Source: Bugula neritina
Taxonomy: Eukaryota > Animalia > Bryozoa
Assembly: GCA_964035545.1 (NCBI GenBank)
Contig: OZ037767.1
Location: 17,295,781-17,359,780, forward strand
Reading direction: 5' to 3'
Length of the DNA: 64,000 nucleotides
In this document: positions 52,117 to 64,000 of the stretch, piece by piece
Layout: every line of letters begins with the position of its first letter
Position numbering within the stretch: position 1 is the first letter of the stretch
Translations under genes and position numbers: made by a program
The notes under the pieces: model-generated
Told to the model about the DNA's origin: nothing
Database searches by the model: none
The model's input: only the letters and a program-made list of their open reading frames with translations

Positions 52117-52444
52117 CTTTGATGTGCACTATCCCACCACTGCCACCACTGTTATACTTTCCAGATTTTGGGTTGATGTGCAATCAAGAGAGTCTATTTA
52201 TTTGCTAGAGAACTTCACCAGAATAAGTCGAGTTAATACAAGTATATTTTATGCACAAGAATACATCACAAAAACTATACAAATACCTTCAGTAATTGCT
52301 ACGTCCATACAATTTAATACGCTATTCTCAACTAACTAACAGCGGGAAACTAACTACTACTAACTGCGTTCAGTATCGCTAATTGGCTGTCCATTGTTCT
52401 GGGTCAATTACGTGACCCCGTGATGTATCAGTGGAGGAAATAAT

Positions 52445-53288
52445 CACCGGCTTTCCATGTACCAATCTCAGATTGATCTCAGCGAGATCATCCATGGAAA
52501 GACGCCAAAAATCGATCTCCGTCGATCTGAGCTGGTCGGTCTGTGGAGCTCGAACTCAAATCGATCTCATGTTAATAAGACCATGGAAAGTCGCCAGATC
52601 GATCGGAGAAGTAGAAAAAGACTGCGTGCTACAATGTTGTCTGCTAACTTATTGATAATTACTAAGCAAAGTATTAAATAATTATGATAGCCACCTTTTC
52701 AGGTGCCAAAACTTTGACTTTCAGTACAATGATTAGGAAAACTCAATTAAATGCAGTAGAAGGTTAAAAAAATGGAAGAATTTAAATTGAATTTAAATGA
52801 CTATTAAAACTTAGTTTCATTAGCTATTTTCTTTGTAATTTTAAGCCTAACAGTCCTGTAAGTTTATTAATAATCTGCAAGACAGCCATTAATTTTATAT
52901 AAGCTGTCAAGCTAAATAATTAAAATTAATTATTTTAAATTGGCCAAATTACCATACACTGAAAGCTTTGCTGCGTATAGTTTATAGCTGGGATTAAATT
53001 TTAGACTACGACCATCTTGTTTTCAACAGTAGTAGCTTTAATCACTCAAATAGGTGAACTAATTATACTTTTAAAGTATCCTTCACTCAGAGACAACTTC
53101 GCGAGATCGATCTGACACTCTCATGGAAAAACGATCGATCTGACACTCTCATGGAAAAACGATCGATCTGACACTCTCATGGAAAAACGATCGATCTGAC
53201 ACTCTCATGGAAAAACGATCGACCTGAGCACATTTCTCAGATCGATCTTAGCGAGATCGATTTGAGATCGGTACATGGAAAACCCGTG
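52445..53288. mobile_element. 844-bp non-autonomous DNA transposon nested in the 5' LTR of element 2 (CAC termini, 3-bp TSD; CMC/CACTA-Chapaev-like by inference)
   Basis: TIRs CACCGGCTTTCCATGTACC / GGTACATGGAAAACCCGTG. TSD AAT, with the empty site visible in the other LTR (ggaaataatatttccc). Subterminal GATCGATC motifs and four 28-bp tandem repeats at 53105-53216. Confidence 0.85.
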
Positions 53289-54445
53289 AATATTTCCCTG
53301 TACTACCCTGCTGGTAGCTCCGTGAGCCACCACAATATCAACCAACAGAGTAAAATACAAGTAGTTGTTGAGAACTTCAGTAATAAAGTTGAGAAACATG
53401 CTGTAGTGAGCACAGTATATAGGCTGTAGAGTAGTAACGTACTGTACTGATTCTAAGTCGACTATAGATCTCATTGAGGGGTTGTAATCAATGATGTCTA
53501 CATCTCACTGTACCCACTGTAGTACTAACAAATGTTAACCTACTTTACTACCTGATGATCTACTAAAATGGTTCTTAGACAATCACTTTGATGTGTGAAT
53601 CTAATTCAGTATACGCCACTTGAATTACTCAACATATCAGAGTTTCCTATCTAGAAAATTATTTTGTAAATATGAAAGACTTCAATAATTATAATGAAGG
53701 TACATCTCTGTAACCATATACATTGTAAAGTGATGTCTACAATTTATCATACTGTGTATTTTTGTATAACTAGTAGTGGTAGTGCAAGTGTACTAATATT
53801 ACTAGAGTTATTAGGCTATACTGAATATGGTATCTTAAATATTAACAAATTTACTAACCTGATTGTAGTGACTATTCTATAATCATACTTGGTAGTTAGC
53901 CTGCCTGTTCCACTCTGTTACACCGAAGTCACACAACTGACTACGCAGTACATATAAATAATCTATTCATCTACTGACAATACAGTTTCGGTTATGCAGG
54001 AAATTTAGAATGTAATTCATGAGGAATTCCCATTTCCCAGTATTACTCACAATCATCAAAGAATTGTTTGTTTTTGATCAACACACTACTTATGAAGAGA
54101 TAAAGTAATTCTGATAGTTTAGAATGGATGAATACTTATTTAATCTCTTAACCATCATCATTTCATCTCTCTATAAATATTCAGGTTTTGCTAGGTTGTT
54201 GCAATGTGTGTATATTTCAAGTTTTCCTTAACAAATCTATGAGAAAACTTACAAAAATCACAATATTTCACTTATTCAGAGATTAGTAAATGCATTACTA
54301 GACCTGGTTTATGGTACAAAAAAAAATCATCTATAGAGCATATGAAGTTCTCAACTCTGGTCACAACCTTTGTGCTGCATTGACTTTTATTTTACATCAA
54401 CCCAATGCTAGAAGGTGTGTCAGTATATAGTACAGAGGTTTAGCT

Positions 54446-54594
54446 TTACATCAACTCAATGCTAGAAGCCTGTCTCTGTATAGCAAGTTTGTGTTGATTT
54501 CTAAACTTGAGTTTGTTGAGTTTCTGCATGTGGTAGCTGTTCAATCTCTCATAGAACCTCACTTTCCTACCTTTTCTCAGTAAGGTTTTCCCAT
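54446..54594 (-). CDS. Possible terminal exon of an unrelated neighbouring gene
   Basis: Pyrimidine tract and acceptor ttctactctttcag|ATGGGAAA followed by an open frame DGKTLLRKGRKVRFYERLNSYHMQKLNKLKFRNQHKLAIQRQASSIELM*. No recognisable domain. Confidence 0.2.
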
Positions 54595-54610
54595 CTGAAA
54601 GAGTAGAACG

Positions 54611-57600
54611 TATGATATAATATAATAAACAACACACTATATAATATATACTATGATATAATATAATAAACAACACACTATATAATATATACTATGATAT
54701 AATATAATAAACAACACACTATATAATATATACTATGATATAATATAAAAAAACAACACACTATATAGTATATACTATGATATAATATAATAAACAACAC
54801 ACTATATAGTATATACTATGATATAATATAATAAACAACACACTATATATAATATATACTATGATATAATATAATAAACAACACACTATATAATATATAC
54901 TATGATATAATATAATAAACACCACACTATATAATATATACTATGATATAATATAATAAACAACACACTATATAGTATATACTATGATATAATATAATAA
55001 ACAACACACTATATAATATATACTATGATATAATATAATACACAACACACTATATAGTATATACTATGATCTAATATAATAAACACCACACTAAATAATA
55101 TATACTATGATATAATATAATAAACAACACACTATATAGTATATACTATGATATAATATAATAAACAACACACTATATAGTATATACTATGATATAATAT
55201 AATAAACAACACACTATATAGTATATACTATGATATAATATAATACACAACACACTATATAGTATATACTATGATATAATATAATAAACAACACACTATA
55301 TAGTATATACTATGATATAATATAATAAACAACACACTATATAGTATATACTATGATATAATATAATAAACAACACACTATATAGTATATACTATGATAT
55401 AATATAATACACAACACACTATATAGTATATACTATGATATAATATAATAAACAACACACTATATAGTATATACTATGATATAATATAATAAACAACACA
55501 CTATATAGTATATACTATGATATAATATAATAAACAACACACTATATATAATATATACTATGATATAATATAATAAACAACACACTATATAGTATATACT
55601 ATGATATAATATAATAAACAACACACTATATAATATATACTATGATATAATATAATAAACAACACACTATATAATATATACTATGATATAATATAATAAA
55701 CAACACACTATATAACATATACTATGATATAATATAATAAACAACACACTATATAACATATACTATGATATAATATAAGAAACAACACACTATATAGTAT
55801 ATACTATGATATAATATTATAATAAACAACACACTATATAGTATATACTATGATATAATATAATACACAACACACTATATAGTATATACTATGATATAAT
55901 ATAATAAACAACACACTATATAATATATACTATGATATAATATAATAAACAACACACTATATAGTATATACTATGATATAATATAATACACAACACACTA
56001 TATAATATATACTATGATATAATATAATACACAACACACTATATAATATATACTATGATATAATATAATAAACAACACACTATATAGTATATACTATGAT
56101 ATAATATAATAAACAACACACTATATAATATATACTATGATATAATATAATAAACAACACACTATATAGTATATACTATGATATAATATAATAAACAACA
56201 CACTATATAGTATATACTATGATATAATATAATACACAACACACTATATAATATATACTATGATATAATATAATACACAACACACTATATAGTATATACT
56301 ATGATATAATATAATACACAACACACTATATAGTATATACTATGATATAATATAATAAACAACACACTATATAACATATACTATGATATAATATAATAAA
56401 CAACACACTATATAACATATACTATGATATAATATAAGAAACAACACACTATATAGTATATACTATGATATAATATAATAAACAACACACTATATAATAT
56501 ATACTATGATATAATATAATAAACAACACACTATATAATATATACTATGATATAATATAATAAACAACACACTATATAACATATACTATGATATAATATA
56601 ATAAACAACACACTATATAACATATACTATGATATAATATAAGAAACAACACACTATATAGTATATACTATGATATAATATTATAATAAACAACACACTA
56701 TATAGTATATACTATGATATAATATAATACACAACACACTATATAGTATATACTATGATATAATATAATAAACAACACACTATATAGTATATACTATGAT
56801 ATAATATAATAAACAACACACTATATAACATATACTATGATATAATATAATACACAACACACTATATAGTATATACTATGATATAATATAATAAACAACA
56901 CACTATATAATATATACTATGATATAATATAATACACAACACACTATATAATATATACTATGATATAATATAATAAACAACACACTATATAGTATATACT
57001 ATGATATAATATAATAAACAACACACTATATAATATATACTATGATATAATATAATAAACAACACACTATATAGTATATACTATGATATAATATAATAAA
57101 CAACACACTATATAGTATATACTATGATATAATATAATAAACAACACACTATATAGTATATACTATGATATAATATAATAAACAACACACTATATAATAT
57201 ATACTATGATATAATATAATAAACAACACACTATATAATATATACTATGATCTAATATAATAAACAACACACTATATAATATATACTATGATATAATATA
57301 ATAAACACCACACTATATAATATATACTATGATATAATATAATAAACAACACACTATATAATATATACTATGATATAATATAATAAACAACACACTATAT
57401 AATATATACTATGATATAATATAATAAACAACACACTATATAATATATACTATGATATAATATAATACACAACACACTATATAATATATACTATGATATA
57501 ATATAATAAACAACACACTATATAGTATATACTATGATATAATATAATAAACAACACACTATATAATATATACTATGATATAATATAATACACAACACAC

Positions 57601-60600
57601 TATATAGTATATACTATGATATAATATAATAAACAACACACTATATAATATATACTATGATATAATATAATAAACAACACACTATATAATATATACTATG
57701 ATATAATATAATAAACAACACACTATATAATATATACTATGATATAATATAATAAACAACACACTATATAATATATACTATGATATAATATAATAAACAA
57801 CACACTATATAGTATATACTATGATATAATATAATAAACAACACACTATATAGTATATACTATGATATAATATAATACACAACACACTATATAGTATATA
57901 CTATGATATAATATAATAAACAACACACTATATAATATATACTATGATATAATATAATACACAACACACTATATAGTATATACTATGATATAATATAATA
58001 AACAACACACTATATAGTATATACTATGATATAATATAATAAACAACACACTATATAATATATACTATGATATAATATAATAAACAACACACTATATAAT
58101 ATATACTATGATATAATATAATAAACAACACACTATATAATATATACTATGATATAATATAATAAACAACACACTATATAATATATACTATGATATAATA
58201 TAATAAACAACACACTATATAGTATATACTATGATATAATATAATAAACAACACACTATATAGTATATACTATGATATAATATAATACACAACACACTAT
58301 ATAGTATATACTATGATATAATATAATAAACAACACACTATATAATATATACTATGATATAATATAATACACAACACACTATATAGTATATACTATGATA
58401 TAATATAATAAACAACACACTATATAGTATATACTATGATATAATATAATAAACAACACACTATATAATATATACTATGATATAATATAATAAACAACAC
58501 ACTATATAATATATACTATGATATAATATAATACACAACACACTATATAGTATATACTATGATATAATATAATACACAACACACTATATAGTATATACTA
58601 TGATATAATATAATACACAACACACTAAATAATATATACTATGATATAATATAATAAACAACACACTATATAGTATATACTATGATATAATATAATAAAC
58701 AACACACTATATAGTATATACTATGATATAATATAATAAACAACACACTATATAATATATACTATGATATAATATAATAAACAACACACTATATAATATA
58801 TACTATGATATAATATAATATACAACACACTATATAGTATATACTATGATATAATATAATACACAACACACTATATAGTATATACTATGATATAATATAA
58901 TAAACAACACACTATATAGTATATACTATGATATAATATAATAAACAACACACTATATAGTATATACTATGATATAATATAATAAACAACACACTATATA
59001 GTATATACTATGATATAATATAATAAACAACACACTATATAGTATATACTATGATATAATATAATACACAACACACTATATAGTATATACTATGATCTAA
59101 TATAATAAACAACACACTATATAGTATATACTATGATATAATATAATAAACAACACACTATATAGTATATACTATGATATAATATAATAAACAACACACT
59201 ATATAGTATATACTATGATATAATATAATAAACAACACACTATATAATATATACTATGATATAATATAATAAACAACACACTATATAGTATATACTATGA
59301 TATAATATAATACACAACACACTATATAGTATATACTATGATATAATATAATACACAACACACTATATAATATATACTATGATATAATATAATACACAAC
59401 ACACTATATAGTATATACTATGATATAATATAATACACAACACACTATATAGTATATACTATGATATAATATAATACACAACACACTATATAATATATAC
59501 TATGATATAATATAATAAACAACACACTATATAATATATACTATGATATAATATAATAAACAACACACTATATAATATATACTATGATATAATATAATAA
59601 ACAACACACTATATAGTATATACTATGATATTATATAATAAACAACACACTATATAGTATATACTATGATATAATATAATAAACAACACACTATATAGTA
59701 TATACTATGATATAATATAATAAACAACACACTATATAGTATATACTATGATATAATATAATAAACAACACACTATATAGTATATACTATGATATAATAT
59801 AATAAACAACACACTATATAATATATACTATGATATAATATAATACACAACACACTATATAATATATACTATGATATAATATAATACACAACACACTATA
59901 TAGTATATACTATGATATAATATAATACACAACACACTATATAATATATACTATGATCTAATATAATAAACAACACACTATATAGTATATACTATGATAT
60001 AATATAATAAACAACACACTATATAATATATACTATGATATAATATAATACACAACACACTATATAGTATATACTATGATATAATATAATACACAACACA
60101 CTATATAGTATATACTATGATATAATATAATAAACAACACACTATATAATATATACTATGATCTAATATAATAAACAACACACTATATAATACATACTAT
60201 GATATAATATAATAAACAACACACTATATAATATATACTATGATATAATATAATAAACAACACACTATATATAATATATACTATGATATAATATAATAAA
60301 CAACACACTAAATAATATATACTATGATATAATATAATACACAACACACTATATAGTATATACTATGATATAATATAATAAACAACACACTATATAATAT
60401 ATACTATGATATAATATAATAAACACCACACTATATAATATATACTATGATATAATATAATAAACACCACACTATATAATATATACTATGATATAATATA
60501 ATAAACAACACACTATATAATATATACTATGATATAATATAATAAACAACACACTATATAGTATATACTATGATATAATATAATAAACAACACACTATAT

Positions 60601-63600
60601 AGTATATACTATGATATAATATAATAAACAACACACTATATAATATATACTATGATATAATATAATAAACAACACACTATATAGTATATACTATGATATA
60701 ATATAATAAACAACACACTATATAGTATATACTATGATATAATATAATAAACAACACACTATATAATATATACTATGATATAATATAATAAACAACACAC
60801 TATATAGTATATACTATGATATAATATAATAAACAACACACTATATAGTATATACTATGATATAATATAATAAACAACACACTATATAATATATACTATG
60901 ATATAATATAATAAACACCACACTATATAATATATACTATGATATAATATAATAAACAACACACTATATAGTATATACTATGATATAATATAATACACAA
61001 CACACTATATAATATATACTATGATATAATATAATAAACAACACACTATATAACATATACTATGATATAATATAATACACAACACACTATATAGTATATA
61101 CTATGATATAATATAATAAACAACACACTATATAGTATATACTATGATATAATATAATAAACAACACACTATATAGTATATACTATGATATAATATAATA
61201 CACAACACACTATATAATATATACTATGATATAATATAATAAACAACACACTATATAATATATACTATGATATAATATAATAAACAACACACTATATAGT
61301 ATATACTATGATATAATATAATAAACAACACACTATATAACATATACTATGATATAATATAATACACAACACACTATATAGTATATACTATGATATAATA
61401 TAATAAACAACACACTATATAGTATATACTATGATATAATATAATAAACAACACACTATATAATATATACTATGATATAATATAATAAACAACACACTAT
61501 ATAATATATACTATGATATAATATAATAAACAACACACTATATATAATATATACTATGATATAATATAATAAACAACACACTATATAATATATACTATGA
61601 TATAATATAATAAACACCACACTATATAGTATATACTATGATATAATATAATAAACAACACACTATATAATATATACTATGATATAATATAATAAACAAC
61701 ACACTATATAGTATATACTATGATATAATATAATAAACAACACACTATATAACATATACTATGATATAATATAATACACAACACACTATATAGTATATAC
61801 TATGATATAATATAATAAACAACACACTATATAGTATATACTATGATATAATATAATAAACAACACACTATATAGTATATACTATGATATAATATAATAA
61901 ACAACACACTATATAATATATACTATGATATAATATAATAAACAACACACTATATAATATATACTATGATATAATATAATACACAACACACTATATAGTA
62001 TATACTATGATATAATATAATAAACAACACACTATATAATATATACTATGATATAATATAATAAACAACACACTATATAATATATACTATGATATAATAT
62101 AATAAACACCACACTATATAGTATATACTATGATATAATATAATACACAACACACTATATAATATATACTATGATATAATATAATACACAACACACTATA
62201 TAATATATACTATGATATAATATAATACACAACACACTATATAGTATATACTATGATATAATATAATAAACAACACACTATATAATATATACTATGATAT
62301 AATATAATAAACAACACACTATATAATATATACTATGATATAATATAATACACAACACACTATATAGTATATACTATGATATAATATAATAAACAACACA
62401 CTATATAGTATATACTATGATATAATATAATACACAACACACTAAATAATATATACTATGATATAATATAATAAACAACACACTATATAATATATACTAT
62501 GATATAATATAATAAACAACACACTATATAATATATACTATGATATAATATAATAAACAACACACTATATAGTATATACTATGATATAATATAATAAACA
62601 ACACACTATATAGTATATACTATGATATAATATAATAAACAACACACTATATAGTATATACTATGATATAATATAATAAACACCACACTATATAGTATAT
62701 ACTATGATATAATATAATAAACAACACACTATATAGTATATACTATGATATAATATAATAAACAACACACTATATAGTATATACTATGATATAATATAAT
62801 AAACAACACACTATATAATATATACTATGATATAATATAATAAACAACACACTATATAATATATACTATGATATAATATAATAAACAACACACTATATAA
62901 TACATACTATGATATAATATAATAAACAACACACTATATAGTATATACTATGATATAATATAATAAACAACACACTATATAACATATACTATGATATAAT
63001 ATAATAAACAACACACTATATAACATATACTATGATATAATATAAGAAACAACACACTATATAGTATATACTATGATATAATATTATAATAAACAACACA
63101 CTATATAGTATATACTATGATATAATATAATACACAACACACTATATAATATATACTATGATATAATATAATAAACAACACACTATATAGTATATACTAT
63201 GATATAATATAATAAACAACACACTATATAGTATATACTATGATATAATATAATAAACAACACACTATATAATATATACTATGATATAATATAATACACA
63301 ACACACTATATAGTATATACTATGATATAATATAATACACAACACACTATATAGTATATACTATGATATAATATAATAAACAACACACTATATAATATAT
63401 ACTATGATCTAATATAATAAACAACACACTATATAATACATACTATGATATAATATAATAAACAACACACTATATAATATATACTATGATATAATATAAT
63501 AAACAACACACTATATATAATATATACTATGATATAATATAATAAACAACACACTAAATAATATATACTATGATATAATATAATACACAACACACTATAT

Positions 63601-64000
63601 AGTATATACTATGATATAATATAATAAACAACACACTATATAATATATACTATGATATAATATAATAAACACCACACTATATAATATATACTATGATATA
63701 ATATAATAAACACCACACTATATAATATATACTATGATATAATATAATAAACAACACACTATATAATATATACTATGATATAATATAATAAACAACACAC
63801 TATATAGTATATACTATGATATAATATAATAAACAACACACTATATAGTATATACTATGATATAATATAATAAACAACACACTATATAATATATACTATG
63901 ATATAATATAATAAACACCACACTATATAATATATACTATGATATAATATAATAAACAACACACTATATAGTATATACTATGATATAATATAATACACAA
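54611..64000. repeat. 41-bp AT-rich satellite array, ~229 copies in the window, running off the right edge
   Basis: Unit caacacactatata(a/g)tatatactatgatataatataata(a/c)a; period 41 (caacacac at 54671 and 54712). Confidence 0.97.

Larger units (their letters stand above)
44891..53334 (-). mobile_element. Degenerate near-full-length Ty3/Gypsy LTR retrotransposon 2
   Basis: 3' LTR 44891-45229; 5' LTR 52150-53334, interrupted at 52445-53288; LTRs roughly 95% identical by manual count. PBS tggtggcagtggtgggat at 52148-52131 (tRNA-Leu-like). PPT ctgctggtggaggcgg. Gag, protease FLLDSGCTT, RT (LPFGL, LIYLDN with YxDD degenerated), RNase H (LDTDAS), integrase (IHSDQGAQF, VERNNR, FVGPY). Confidence 0.95.

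Noticed and set aside
52131-52148. tRNA-like sequence atcccaccactgccacca
   Set aside because: Only the 18-nt primer-binding site next to the LTR; no tRNA cloverleaf.

Overview
AT-rich eukaryotic genomic DNA, probably from an invertebrate animal (inference from GT-AG introns, Ty3/Gypsy elements and satellites). Positions 1-44,500 hold a tandem array of four minus-strand paralogs of one gene (copies A-D, ATGs at 901, 11371, 25661, 43300). The ORF track fragments this gene. Manual splicing gives 8 coding exons with consistent GT-AG sites and phases in copies B, C and D (961, 844 and 961 aa). The architecture is a single exon of long 39-aa ankyrin repeats, a Pro/Ser/Thr-rich linker, a small beta-grasp-like domain and a C-terminal CCDC106-like domain; both domain calls are by-eye inferences. 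The ankyrin repeats vary in number (3/8/5/8 internal repeats) and are shuffled out of register between paralogs. They are hypervariable at the binding-surface positions that are randomised in DARPin libraries, on a near-invariant framework. Copy A carries an in-frame stop and runs off the left edge. Two degenerate Gypsy LTR retrotransposons (30836-37061 +, 44891-53334 -) each carry an extra non-env ORF encoding C2H2 zinc fingers and a coiled coil. The window also holds two solo LTRs just upstream of the ankyrin exons, non-autonomous DNA transposons, several VNTRs and microsatellites, and a 41-bp satellite array from ~54.6 kb to the end.
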